Positions 47,601-60,269 of a stretch of 64,000 bases of DNA are shown here, piece after piece. A program made the position numbers and the translations under genes. This stretch comes from Hypanus sabinus (Eukaryota). The stretch covers positions 165,292,001 to 165,356,000 of the forward strand of contig NC_082710.1 in NCBI RefSeq assembly GCF_030144855.1, written 5' to 3'. The notes under the pieces were generated by a model. That model was not told where the DNA came from. It was given only the letters and a program-made list of their open reading frames with translations, and made no database searches. The first letter of the stretch is position 1. Every line of letters begins with the position of its first letter.

Positions 47601-48819
47601 ATACCCACTTCTTAAATCCAGCACACTGAACCACTTCGCACCGCTCAGGCAGGCCAACGCATCCTCGACTCTTGGGACAGTATATTGATCAGGGACAGTT
47701 CGCCGATTCAACGTCCTGTAGTCAACACACATGCGCACTCGCCCATTCTTCTTCCGTGCCACCACTATTGGGGACGCATAAGGACTTCGAGTCTCAGCTA
47801 CGATTCCTGCCTCCTTCAACTTGCACAAGTGCTGTCGCACGTCCTCAACATCTGCCAGAGCCAGCCGCCGGGATCTCTCTCGGAATGGGGTGTCCTCCGT
47901 CACCCGGATGGTGTGGCGAGTGCTTTTGGCGCAGCCAACATCAAACTCGCCCCGAGAAAAAACAGTTTCCATCTTCAGCATCTTCTCCACTAGCCGGTGT
48001 TTCCACTCCGGCGACACAGGAGAATCCCCGAAGTTAAAGGCTTCAGCGGTCAGCTCCCTTCGATGCTCCGATCCCTCCCCGTTAGGGGTCCTCACTGGTC
48101 CGCTAGACATTACCGTCACCGGGAACAGATGTGCCAGCGGCATTCCCCTCTTAAAGGTGATTTCTCTTGCCGTGGTGTTCCTGACACTTATAGCTATACG
48201 GCTTGCATGTACCACCCCTGGTCTCTGCACTTCGGGCCTCACCAGCACCCCCGCCGGAAATCGGGTCTCCCCTTCAAGATCGTCTGGGGTGTCTACTAAC
48301 AGGGCTTCTCCCGTCGGCACTCCTGGGAATCTGGGGGTCCCCATCATTAGTGCGACCTCTCCTGGTCGGATCACCTTGGGCCTCGCCTGCGTACACCACA
48401 CCGTCCCTCGTTTACACTCCGGGTCCAGCCCTTGGGAGGCAACCCCTTCTGTGAACACTGCTCGAAACACTGGATGCACCGAGAGGGTCTCCAGAAAGTC
48501 TTCCCCCCCTTTCTCCTTACAAGCTCCCAGGAGCCGTCGCACAACTGGGGAGTTAGTCCCCACCAGGAGGGCAGCACCACCGGTTTCCACGGGGTCAGGT
48601 CACACCAACACCAAAGTCTCAATAGCTTCCAACACTCCCACATCGCCCTCCGAGAACTCCAATCTCACCGATACGTACCCATCGTACGGGTAGTCACCCT
48701 CGCTCACACCCCAAATCTGCAGGGCGTCAAATGGTGTTACGGGCAAATGCTTTAGATATTGATTGTAGAAAGACCGGTACAATAAGGTCACCTGCGATCC
48801 CGTATCAAGAATGGCTGGA
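44640..48819 (-). pseudogene. Gypsy pol (PR-RT-RNaseH-IN), one frame with three premature stops; gag and 5' LTR missing
   Basis: ILDTGSQ (protease), YLDD (RT), DASREGLGAVL (RNase H), H..C..C zinc finger, CMDF..SDQG..ERFNRTL (integrase); stops at 48600-48602, 46050-46052 and 46005-46007. Confidence 0.95.
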
Positions 48820-49099
48820 AGAGAGAGCATGTCTTATGAGAAAAGCTTCAGTGAACTAGGGCTTTTGTCTTTGGAATGAAACAGCCTTGATAAGAGAAAT
48901 GTATAACGATAAGAGACATTGATAGAGCAAATGGGCAGAACGTCTTTTCCAGATTGGAAATTACTAATGTGAGAAGGCATAATTTTAAGAAGTTTGGAAG
49001 AAAGTATGGGGGGGAGGGGTTGTCAGAGGTAGGCTTTTTGCAGAGGGTGGTGGATGCATGGAATGTGCTCTCGGGGGTAGGGGTAGAGACAGATAAAAT

Positions 49100-50165
49100 T
49101 GTTAGGAATGGGGGCAGGATTGGACCCAAATGCAGGATGCAGACACTGAAGCACTAGGGGTAGGACAGGATGGGGATGCCATGGCATGTAAAGGGTAAAG
49201 CAGGTGGGGCTGGATCCCGGAGTTTGGATGAGGCAGGCAGGAGGGTCCTGGAGTTCGTACAAGGCAGGAGGATTCCTCATGGAAGGCCGCATGGATCCCG
49301 GGCAGGGCCGCCTCCCAAGTGGAAAACACGGAGGCCTGGGCCAGTCACGGACATCTGGGCAGGTGCGGGGCACAACCCATGGGAAACGAGGGGAGGAAAG
49401 GGTAGGAGTCCTTAGGGCGGGCCGCATGGATCCTGGACAGTGTCACCTCCCAGGTGGAAAACACGAAGGCCTGGGCCAGTTGTAGACACCTGGGCAGGTG
49501 CAGGGCACAACCCTTAGGGAGGAATAGGTGGAAAGGGCAGAAACTATCACCGGCCAGCGGCAATCAAGCCAGACCTGCCCGACGGAGGTAACGAATAGGA
49601 GAGGGTGGAACCCCCACTGGGCAGCAGCAGTCTGGCCGGATCTGCCCAACAGAGGCAACGGGTAGGGAGGGGTAGAACCCCCGTTGGGCAGTGGCAGTCC
49701 AGCCGGACCTGCCCGATGGAGGCAAGGGATCAGAAGGAAGTTGGGTCCAGGGTGAGCAGGTGAGCAAGGCGAATAAGGCGGAACAGCAGTACTAGCGCAC
49801 AGGAGAGAAGCAGGGGAACAAGACCAACTGGAAAGAGCATATACAGAATAGGCCGGCAATCAGGTCAGAACAGGATTCCAAGCAGGGCGGCAACTAGGGA
49901 AGAACAGGATACAGTCAGGATTCAGAGCCGGTGGTCCAGGTACAGAGCAGGTTAAACCAGTTTCGGAGCAGGCCGACCCCACAACTAGGCTCAGTCCCCG
50001 AGCCCCTCATAAACACCTGCCCCCTAATAGGTAACAAGTGTACCTCCTTAAGCCAAGATGATCCAATGGCTCCGTGTGACAGGAGGGCTGCCTGCAAGGC
50101 CCGGGGTCCGGAGTTCGTGGACCGGAGCAAGACCCGGAAGGCGGGCTCCAGACTGGACCCCAACA
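49100..50165 (-). mobile_element. Solo LTR of the same family as 10725-11434, with internal tandem duplications
   Basis: TG..CA termini; AAAAT/AGAAT flanks (5-bp TSD, one mismatch); reverse-complement similarity to LTR1. Confidence 0.85.
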
Positions 50166-50226
50166 AGAATAGAGATATTTAAAAGGTTGTTAGATAGATA
50201 CTTGAATGAAAGAAATATGGAGGGCT

Positions 50227-51262
50227 TGTAATGGTTCGGTCCATGAAATCCTCATTCTGGTTCATGGTCTGGTCCATGCTCCTTGTTCCTGGTTTTCCGG
50301 TATTCTCCAGTTTCTGTTGGGGCAGCTGATTCTCGTTTGGGCTGGCTTCATAAATAGCTTCAGGATTCAGCCTTTGGCTGCTGGATTGTTCCTGTCCAAA
50401 CCCCCTGTCTATATCTCTTCCCTTCACACTTCTCCTGGAGCCTTGCCTCGCCTGAAGCCTTGACTTCACTGCTGTCAATTTCTACCACTGGAGCAAGATA
50501 AGGAACTGGCCTTTGTTGTTTTGAACTGTGTCTATGTCAATGCCTTTGCTAGGTATGTCAAGCTGTTTGCTCCTACCAAGTGTTGAGAACCGTCTGTGTC
50601 CATGTCTTTGCTAGGTAGGTCTGGCCGTCTGCTGCTACTTTGTTTTGAGAACTGTCTCATCGTTTTCTGCATTCTGTGTACGAGTCCCGGCCCTACGTCC
50701 TGTACCCAAGGAGGGTTCCTGGCTCTGTATTCCACGTTTGTGTCTCTTCCTTGACCAAGGCTCTGAGTTCCTGTCTCTCCCTCGACCAAGTCAAGGCTTT
50801 CGGGTCTCAGAACCCAGTCCTGTCCAAGCCACGGCTTTATGTTCTCGTCTTGTCCATGTGCCTCGCCCAGCCCAGTACTGGGGTTGTCTCGTCCTGTGCT
50901 GGGGCTCCCTTGTCTTGTCCTAGAGTCTCACGTCCAGTCCTGTTGCCTCTCCTCATCCTGTAGCCACGTCTTGTCCCCACCTAGCTCTGGAGTCCGAGCC
51001 TGAGTCAAGACCCAGGTTCTGGGTCCCTGTCCAGTCTCTGGCTCGGAGTCCAAGCCCAGGCTCCTCGTTCCCAGTTCCATGTCCCGCTATCCTTGTCAAG
51101 TACTAGCCCAGGCCTGGAATCCTTGTCTGGTCCAGGGCCTGTGTCATGTCCAGCGTGCTTTCTTTCCCACTTTCCTGCTTCCTTCTCACCCCTAGTCCTG
51201 TTTCTGGTAGTTCAGTGTCTGTGTCTTGCATTTGGGTCCACTCCCAGCGCCACCTTCTGACA
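50227..51262 (+). mobile_element. Solo LTR (1036 bp) with perfect 5-bp TSD GGGCT
   Basis: TGTAAT..CTGACA; GGGCT at 50222-50226 and 51263-51267. Confidence 0.9.
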
Positions 51263-52103
51263 GGGCTATACGGTAGGAAAGCATTAAACTGAATTGTCTT
51301 TTTTACTTTATCCTTCATAGACATGAGGATTAAAAATCGTTACGTTACGTCTCCGTCTAAATGCACAATGTGCAATTTATAGTAATTTATAATAAATATT
51401 AATTACAACAGGACGGTCAATATAACAATTGCATCAGTATTGATCTTGGAGTAGATTAAAAATTCGGCGCGCATAGTGTTGCGCGGTACTGTTCTAAGTT
51501 TCTGCCGTGATAACAGAAGAAGAAAAAGCTGCTGTTGGACTGATATCCTGCTAACGTTTTATGTAACACTAATTTCAATATTCACCGTTACATGCTTAAG
51601 AAAATGACTTACTTTGAAATTAAGTAGATTCTAATCACGCAGTTTGTAACTCAGTTCTGGACGGTTATTTCCATAACTTCCAGAACAAACATAAACCTGG
51701 TAATTAGTGCCCCTACTGGGTAACAGAACCTGGGGTTTATAATTCTACACATTTCGGTCATTATCGGTTTCACACTTCATTCCAAGCGTGCTCTCGACGG
51801 CGTGAGAGGCAGGTACTTTGCCTAAGACAGGTACTGAGGCTCTGTACGGAAAGTCTACCCCCTCCCCGATCTGCAACAGCAACTATGGCTGACGGAGGGA
51901 AAAAACTCACTCCAAAAGATGAATGGCTGTCGAAAGGGATCTGGGCAGAAAACGGCTGCGAAAGTTTACCGAGATCTGAAATTCAATGCACAGGCAAAGC
52001 CACTGCAACAGCAGCACTCGTTGCAGTCCCCTACCTGGGGCTCAGCGTTTAACCCCTCCACCACCCTCGCCCACCAGTTTAAGGCGGAAAGCTGTGAACC
52101 CAC

Positions 52104-52173
52104 CTCCCGAATCGCTCAACAGCAGGTAAATAATCGTGATGCCGGCGACGATCTCAGAACCTGTCTTTGCCAT
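52104..52173 (-). CDS. Leader (signal peptide) exon of the CD2/SLAM-like gene
   Basis: ATG..MAKTGSEIVAGITIIYLLLSDSG + G|GTGGGT; 70 nt, phase 1, in frame with the microexon and both V exons; CpG-rich context. Confidence 0.75.
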
Positions 52174-52179
52174 TTGCTC

Positions 52180-52400
52180 TGTGAAGAGAAGATTGTCATT
52201 AAATGCGGTAGTGCTGCTCTGGCTTTGGTCAATCCTCCGGCCGGGTGAGCACGGAAAGGGGCGGGGAAGTTGAAAATAGTTTGAAAGGGAGATGCGAGAG
52301 TGAAGAGGAGATGTTCAGTTCGTCGGGGACGATGTCAGCTCTCAGCTGAGTGATCTAATCGGTCCCCGCCCTTCCACCTGTACCCCTACAACCTGATTTT
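52180..52400 (-). promoter_or_regulatory. Putative CpG-rich promoter with GC-box and ETS-like site
   Basis: GGGGCGGGG at 52258-52266 and GGGGAAGT at 52263-52270, about 90 bp upstream of the leader ATG; no TATA box seen. Confidence 0.45.
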
Positions 52401-53229
52401 CCTCTACTTCCCATCGACTTCCTTTTATCCATATAATCCAGACAGACTGCACCCGAACTGAGCAATGGAATCACGCCGATCTTTATCTGCCCATTTTCAT
52501 AAAAGCTACATGAGCCCATTTTTAATTCCTTTCGTATCCCCATCAACTGCCTCACACCCTGACACTCATCGATACGCTCCGTTTAGCTTCTCACGACTAA
52601 TTATTGTGATCATTGTGAAAGAATTCACGTGCTCTGCAAATTGGCCACCTATGCACGGATGCAGAAGAAGCCACATCGTGAGCACCAAATTTAATTGACC
52701 AAGATAGAGGATGTGCAAATGAATCTTTTCCTTACCTGGAAGTGCTGATCAGGCCCCTGAGTAGAGGTGAAGGAATCATGGTACGGGCAGATGTTATAAA
52801 TCCTGCACTTGCAGGGGAAGTGATGAGATGATCAGGGCGGCATTGGATACTGGTGTTTAAAAGGAGGGACAAAGGAAGTATTGGCTTGGAGAAGTAGCCA
52901 AGGCTGTGTGCTTGGCGTGGTTGACCAGGGGGTTGAAATGTAAGGACCCGGGGAACTCTATCTCTGTTCTGTCTCGACAGAGGCAGGGTGAGAGCGGGCA
53001 TGTGAGAAGTGAAAAAAGTGTGTGTCGGGTTTATTCATCTAGACACGAGGATCGAGGCACGACTGTGCAGGCGTGTGGACGTCAGCGAGTTAGGCAGGAA
53101 GAATTTAAGTAGAAGGCAGCTTTACAGAGCGGGCGCCCGAGGTGTGGGTGTCATAATAGAGGGAGTTAGAGTAGGAGGACTTTGGCTCAACGGGTCGAGA
53201 TGAAGTAAGTTGCTTGTGAAGAACAGGAA

Positions 53230-55260
53230 TAGGAAATATGCCTGTGAGGCCGGTGTTTTGTTTTGGGTGTCAGATGTGGGCTGTCCAGGAGACTCTCAAC
53301 CTCCCGGACGGACACGTGTACGCCAGATGCGTCGAGCTGCTGCTCCTTAGGGACCTGGTTAGGGAAGTGGAGATGCAGCTCGATGACCTTCGCCTAGTCA
53401 GGGAAAGTGAGGAAGTGACAGAGAGGAGCTATAGGCAAGTAATCACACCGGGCCTCGGGAGACAGGTAATAGTCAGGAGAGGGAAGGGCAAGAGTCAGAC
53501 ACTAGAGAGTACCTCAATGACTGTCCCCGTTAACAATAAGTCCTCCTGCTTGAGTATTATTGGTGGGGGGGGGGGGGGAGGGTGGTGAATGACCTAAAGG
53601 GACCTCAGAAGCCAGTGATCACAATATGAGTAACTTCAACTTGAAATCTGATGTGGAGGAAGTAAAGTCCAACCTAGCACTATTTCAGTGGAGTAAAGGA
53701 AATTACAGTGGCGTGAGAGAGGAGTTGGTCAGAGTAAATTGGCAGGACCTGCTGGCGGGGATGACAGCAGAGTAGTAATGGTGTGACTTTCTGGGAAGTG
53801 TGAGGAAGGTGCAGGACATGTGTATTCCAAAAATGAAGAAATACTCAAATGGCAAAGCAGTGGCTGACAACGGGAGACAAAGCTAATGAAAAAGCAAAAG
53901 AGAGGGCATAGAACAAAGCAAATTTTAGCAGGAATATAGAAGATTGAGAAGCTTTTAAAAACTTACAGAGAGCAACTACAAGAGTCATTCGGAGGGACAA
54001 GATGAAATATGAACGGAAGCTAGCAAATACTATTAAAGTGGATAGTAAAAGTTTTTTTAAGTATGTTAAAAGTAAAAGAGATGAGAATGGCTGTACAACC
54101 GCTATAACAAGAGAACAGGGAAATGATAACGAGGATAAGGAAATGGCAGATGAATTAACTGAGTACTTTGCATCAGTCTTCACTGTAGAAGACACTAGCA
54201 GTGTGCTAGATGTTGCAGTGTGTGAAAGATGAGAAATAAATGCAGTTACTATTACAAGGGAGCAGGAGCTCAAGAAGCTGATAGCCCTAAGTGTATGTAA
54301 GTCACCAGACCAAATGAACTGCAGCCTAGGATTCTGAAACAGGTTGTAGTATAGATTGTGGAGGCATGAGCAATGATCTTTCAGAACGCTTTGGACTCTG
54401 GCATGGTGCCAGGGACTGGAACATTGTAAATGTTACACCACTCTTTAAGAAAGTTCGAAGGCAGCAGAAAGGAAATTACAGGTCAGTTAGCCTGACCCCA
54501 GTGGTTGGGAAGATGTTGGAATCAATTGCTAAGGATAACGTTATGGAGTACTTGGTGACACGGGGCAAGATAGGACAAAGTCAGCATGGTTTCCTTAAGC
54601 GGAAATCCTTCCTCATGAACCTGATAGAATCCTTTGAGGTGATTACAAGTCGGATAGATAAAGGCGATGCAGTGGATATTTTACAGTTGGACTTTCGAAA
54701 GGTCTTTGACAAGATGCCGCACATGAGGCTGCTTACCAAGCTAAGAGCCCGTGGTATTACAGGAAAGTTACGGGCATGGTTAAAGTATTGGCCGAATGGT
54801 AGGATGCAGCAAGTGGGAAAAGCAGGATCCTTTTCTGATTAGCTGACAGTCACTCGTGGTGTTCTGCGGGGGCGGTGCTGGGAACGTTTCTTTTTTATGC
54901 TGTATATTAATGATTTAATAAACGGCTTTGTTGCCAAGTTTGCAGATGATACGAAATGGCTGGAGATTAAGGTGGAGAAAGCAGGTAGGCTGCAGAAGGA
55001 CTGAGACTGATTAGGAGAATGGGCAAGAAAGTGGCAAAAGAAATACTATATTGGAAAATGCATGGTCTTGGACTTTGGTAGTAAAAATAAGTGTGCAGTC
55101 TATTTTCTAAATGGGGAGAAAATCCAAAAATATGCGATGCAAAAGGACTTGGGCGTCCTTGTACAGAACACCCAGAAGGTTAACTTGCCGGTTGAGTCGG
55201 TGGTGAGGAAGGCAAATGCAATGTTAGCTTTCATTTCAAGAGGGCTTGAACACAAGTGGC
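53230..55260 (+). mobile_element. Degenerate CR1 LINE: ORF1 zinc-finger remnant and ORF2 fragments
   Basis: CFGCQMWAVQETLNLP..RCVELLLLRDLVREVEMQLDDL (ORF1); NYRSVSLTPVVGKMLE, DFRKVFDKMPH (RT). Confidence 0.85.
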
Positions 55261-55739
55261 TGGATATGAACACGGCCATGAAGCTGAATCATTTAGGAGA
55301 CCAGTGATCTGCAAATTCGAGTTCTATTCGAGGTGGCTGCAGAATTCAAATTCAAGTTCAGAGCCTGTAGTAGCTGTAAGAGTTTTTAGTCACAAACATA
55401 AACACAAAAGCCGTGATGGAGAGAGAAACGGGGTCAATGTTTCATGTCGAAGACTCGTCTGACCTGCAACATTAACTTAATTTCTCTTTCCACGTGTGCT
55501 ACGTGACTCACTGTATCCAGTATTTTCTGGTTTTGACGCAGATTCCAAACCACGCAGTGTTCATTTAACCACATCAGAGAGTTTGACTTTACAGGTGGTC
55601 AGGCCGGTGCTATGCTGACCGAATCCCACCTCTGCCTTTTTAAATGGAAGTATCATATTTACTGCTACCAACTTTTTATTCCAGGGTTGTGTCACTAAAT
55701 CCAGAGACAGTGATGTGACGAAATCTATCTTCTCCGAAC

Positions 55740-55960
55740 CGGAGATGGCTCGGTAGCCTAACAGTTAGTACAACACTGTTCTAGCGTCAGCGTCACGTTT
55801 TTACTGTTTGTAAAGAGTTTGTACGATCTTCCCGTGATCGCGTGCGTTTCCTCCGGGTATTCCTGATTTCTGTCACATTCCAAAGACGTACGGGTTTGTA
55901 AGTTAATTGGTCACATTGGTGTAATTGTGCAACACGGCCTCTTTGAGCCGGAAGGTTCCG
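55740..55960 (+). mobile_element. tRNA-derived SINE (HE1-like)
   Basis: ggctcggtagcctaacagttag head and gtttcctccggg..ttccaaagacgtacggg..taattggtcac body. Confidence 0.6.
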
Positions 55961-56180
55961 ATCGAGTCCCTAAATCTAAAAATAAATAAATAGCAGAGCA
56001 ATTTTTTTCTTGTTTCTCTTTCAGTAGGAGTAAATACAGTGCGTACTGTCGTTAAGCACATTTCCGTGTATTAATAAATCTTTCTCCCTGAATTAATTGG
56101 ATTTATGCCTCCGTAGCCACCTCGGCCTCCAGTTAACTCACGTTTGAGAGCAGAGAGGAAGGTGACGCGAGTTTTGGAAA

Positions 56181-56641
56181 TTAGAAACGTAATTTAGATG
56201 CATTCCAAATGAAGCATAATATTCCAACATATAGAACAAAAACAACAAAAATGCAGCCCCCATTGGAATCCCGTGGAGGCATGAGATTGACCAGAATCCG
56301 ACAATGACACGTCAATACACAGGGTAAAATAGTCATAACAAACGCCGTCCCGAATTGTCGGAGGTAAGTCAATCTTAAAACCGTTTTCACAAACATGCAC
56401 ACTTTCTCGAAGCTACTCCTCGCTAAATGAAATTTGGAGCGCATTCTCCACAATCCGATTGAAGCGTATGTCAACGGAGTTTCATCTGAGGGCTCTGGGA
56501 GCGTTTGTGTCAGATCTGGCGGCAACATTCCCTGTCTTTGCGCCAGGGAATGAACTTCCCGCATGTCCGCACAGGGTCTCCCGGGAATTCCCCAGTTGTC
56601 TGCACTAGGTTTTCCAGGGTCTCTCTGAGTGTACATTATGG
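56181..56641 (-). CDS. Candidate cytoplasmic exon with an ITIM-like motif (upstream gene); 3' end uncertain
   Basis: gttggtctgtag acceptor; open frame ..PEPSDETPLTYASI..; non-repeat, CpG-rich sequence. Confidence 0.4.
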
Positions 56642-58094
56642 CTACAGACCAACGTCGAAAGTCACTTCTTTATTGGACATCCGCAGTTAAGCAGAAATTG
56701 AAACGATGGTCCAACCTGCAGAAAAAGTTCCCCTTGCTCACTTCGGGATTAGTTTGATTATAGAAATAACCTATGCTGATCATAACTCACCGTGTGTAAA
56801 AATAGGAGCGCAGATATTCGGGAAGAGTCACAAAGGACTTCACAAATCAAATGTAGAGTAACAAAAACACTGGAGGGACTCAGCAAGTCAGGAAACATCT
56901 ATGGAAAGGAATAAATAGCAGTGAAGAGTATCGGACAGAATGTTCCATAGATTCCTTCCCATAGATACTACCTGACCTGCTGAGATCCTCCAGCAGTTTC
57001 TCTGTCTTACTCCGGACTTCCAGGATCTGCAGAATATCTTACAGGTACATTGTGTTGAATTCTACCAACCCCTTCAATCCAGATTCGAGCATCTGCTGTA
57101 TCTCATGTCTCCAAACATACACACCTCTACCCTGATGACCGGCCGCATTAGGGAAGGGTTCCTCGGACACTCCATACGGGTGATCGACATTTTCACGCAA
57201 TCTTTCTCCGTCACTAAAGTTCCTTCTAGTCTAGCCTTCCTTCTTTCCCATCTATTCTACTTCTCATTTACACACTAGGGTCGATTTGCAACGGCCAATA
57301 ACTACCAGCCCACAATGTGATTATAACCAGAGCACTGGAAGAACACTGGTTCCAGGGAGAACGGGCAAACGCCACACATACAGCGCCGGAGGACAGGATC
57401 AAACCCAGGACCCTGCGATTGACGAGTTGGGAGCGCCACCGTGCCACATCGGAATTAAAATACCGTCGAAACAGCTTCGCGAGCTTAATCGTTCCCCTCT
57501 AACTCTGTCCTTCAGCAGCGCTGTATGGTAAAGCAACAAACCGCGTCCATAATCCATTCTTGTGTTGTTTAGCACTATTGCAAAACTGCATTAACATTAG
57601 AGAGCAACGCTGCCTCGTCGCATCGATATCAACCTATTTTCACCTTGTATATTAATATCATAGCCCTTACAACACTGTATTATACTTATATTACAATCCA
57701 GATAATGGATTATAATCGTTAACAGAATTAATATAATTAATTATGGGTAATCATAATTCATATAACCAGCATTAATATCAAACAACACCATTACGACCTT
57801 TAAACTTTAAACTCATTTTAAACTTGTATTAATTTTAATTAATGTTAATTTCAGTACGAAAAATGTCACACAGCAGTGTTACAAAACTGAATATCATATT
57901 GCACTGTATTAATATCAGACAACACAACTACTACCTCATATCAATATCATTTAACATATTACTACTGTAATCAATATTATACTCCTGACTATATAGAATT
58001 CTGTTACAGTGCTGCACAATTATCAGACAGCCCTGTTATGGCCACAGAATAATTTTACAATTTTGAATTTGCATTAACTTTACATCACCATTAT

Positions 58095-58730
58095 AATGAT
58101 AAATTGTAATAAGCAGGCGTACGGTGTATTGGCCTTCATCAATCATGGAATTGAATTTACGAGCCAAGAGGTAATGTTGCAGATATATAGGACCCTGGTC
58201 AGACCCCACTTGGAGTACTGTGCTCAGTTCTGGTCGCTTCACTACAGGAAGGATGTGGAAGCCATAAAAAGGTGCAGAGGAGATTTACAAGGATGTTAAC
58301 TGGATTGGGGAGCATGCCTAATGAGGATAGGTTGAGTGGACGACGGGGGATGAGAGGTGACCTGATAGAGGGGTATAAGATGATGAGAGGCATTGATCGT
58401 GTGGATAGTCAGAGGCTCTTTCCCAGGGCTGAAATTGTTGCCACAAGAGGACACAGGTTTAAGGTGCTGGGGAGTAGGTACAGAGGAGATGTCAGGGGTA
58501 AGTTTTTTACGCAGACAGTGGTGAGTGCGTGGAATGGTCTGCCGGCAACGATGGTGCAGGCGGATACGATAAGGTCTTTTAAAAGACTTTTGGATAGGTG
58601 CATGGAGCTTAGAAAAATAGAGGGTTAATGGTAAGCCTAGTTTTTTCTAAGGTAGGGACATGTTTGACACAACTCTGTGGGCCGAATGGCCTGTATTGTG
58701 CTGTACCTTTTCTCTGTTTCCATGTTTCTA
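58095..58730 (+). mobile_element. CR1 LINE 3' end
   Basis: RPHLEYCAQFWSLHYRKDVEA; 3' tail at about 58710-58730. Confidence 0.9.
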
Positions 58731-60269
58731 TAAATTAATGTTACTCTGCATTATTACAAATCCCGACCAGACTTTAAACTAAGTAGTAGGGGCGAGGGAT
58801 AAAAGTTAGGGGAACAGGCGAATCGAATCTGAACGACTCTGTCACTTGAATGCAGATACCTTGCTAAACAACGGCTAACTTAGGGTGCAATGAAAATACG
58901 GCGTAAGAGCAATTATAGAGGCATTGCTGCAAAATGACATTTACTGGGACCTGAATGTTGAAGTAGCTAATGAAATAAAAATACCAGGAAGTCGGAAAAG
59001 TTGAAGGGATTTGGCTCAGTTAATGAATGCTAATATCAGTATTAGGGTCTGAGATGAAAGATGTTCAGGAAGCTGGATGTAGACACGTTCTATATGGGGA
59101 TGAGCTAAAATAAAGGTATGAAATCGCTCGTAGGAATGGTGTACAAACTTTGTTCTCCCCAAAAATATATAACTTATTCAAAATGCATATAGTAAATAAA
59201 AATATGCCGTCGTTTTTGTCTACCATTAGTTCGATACACTCTATTGAAATACGTCAACAGCACTAAGGTTTCGTCTTAAACAATACACATTTGAAATATT
59301 TAACAGGGTGTAAAACGGCGCACATCTCCTCAGAGTCTGCCGGTGTTAGAACGCTAGACTGAAGAACTTCTTCACAAAGGCACTGGTGTGACTACACTGA
59401 TTTTTTGCGCATCTATCAGCAAGTTTTCCTCAGCTTTGAATACACTAGTTGTCTCCATTCGCTTCTACAGATTTCAGACAGCAACCACATGATAGGGTCC
59501 TGTGTACAATGTCGGTATTGTGGAACGAGATACGTTTAAATAATGATCTCATCATGAAGTTGCCTCTCAATCGCAATAATCACAACAACATTGAAATTTA
59601 TGGTCAGTTTGCAGAATAGAAGAACTGACACAAATATTTTAAAATAAATAGGAGAAATAAAGAGGCCACAAAAAATGGATCTTGGAAATTTGACTAAACG
59701 GTCCATCAGTAGATATACAGTGACAAATACTTGAGGTGATCCTTCGGAATACAGAGAATGACGACCTTCTAAAGAGAAAATAACATTCCATGGGGAAGAC
59801 CCACCATCTTTGGATAACGAAAATTTTAAAAACGCTATAAAAAAGTTAAGCAAAAAGATCTCATGTTGTGGCTGTGTAAAGACAAAAGACGACTGTGACT
59901 GCTGCACAGCTTATAAGTGATAGCAACGAAGGGCTAGGTAGAACAAAATGTAAAAATTATTATAAAGCTTGCATGAAATGTAAAAAAAAATAGTGAGAAA
60001 TTCAGTTGCCATCATCAGGATGTGGCCGATAATGGCTTGACCATGAATGTTATTTGCAAGTTTTTCGACACAAGTGGTTTTCCATTGCCTTCTTCTGGGC
60101 TGTGTCCTTCAAGACACCAATACTCTTCCGAGATAGTGTCCCCGTCGGCGGCAGTCGCTTGACCAACCGTTGTGATATTTCTTTCTTGTTTCCAGTATAT
60201 TACAGACTCTTTGGCCCACAATGTTTGTGCCGATCATGTAACCTATTCTAGAAACTGCCTAGAATTTCC

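Larger units (their letters stand above)
48820..51290 (+). mobile_element. CR1 3' end that truncates the Gypsy element, itself split by two solo LTRs
   Basis: CR1 3' sequence is continuous across 48820-49099, 50166-50226 and 51263-51290. Confidence 0.75.

Noticed and set aside
47821-48693. 290-aa plus-strand ORF and the other overlapping ORFs at 44.7-48.8 kb
   Set aside because: Antisense shadows of the GC-rich Gypsy pol frame, with no recognisable domain.
49200-49720. Short repeated units resembling a CRISPR-like array
   Set aside because: Imperfect internal duplications within an LTR, with no unique spacers; eukaryotic context.
55740-55830. tRNA gene
   Set aside because: Degenerate tRNA-like head fused to a SINE body; no complete cloverleaf.
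56001-56370. Plus-strand exon between the acceptor at about 56024 and the GTAAGT donor at about 56364
   Set aside because: No convincing coding frame and no partner exons found; cannot be supported without RNA data.
57600-58090. AT-rich quasi-repetitive tract as a structured tandem array
   Set aside because: No consistent unit length; low-complexity sequence only.
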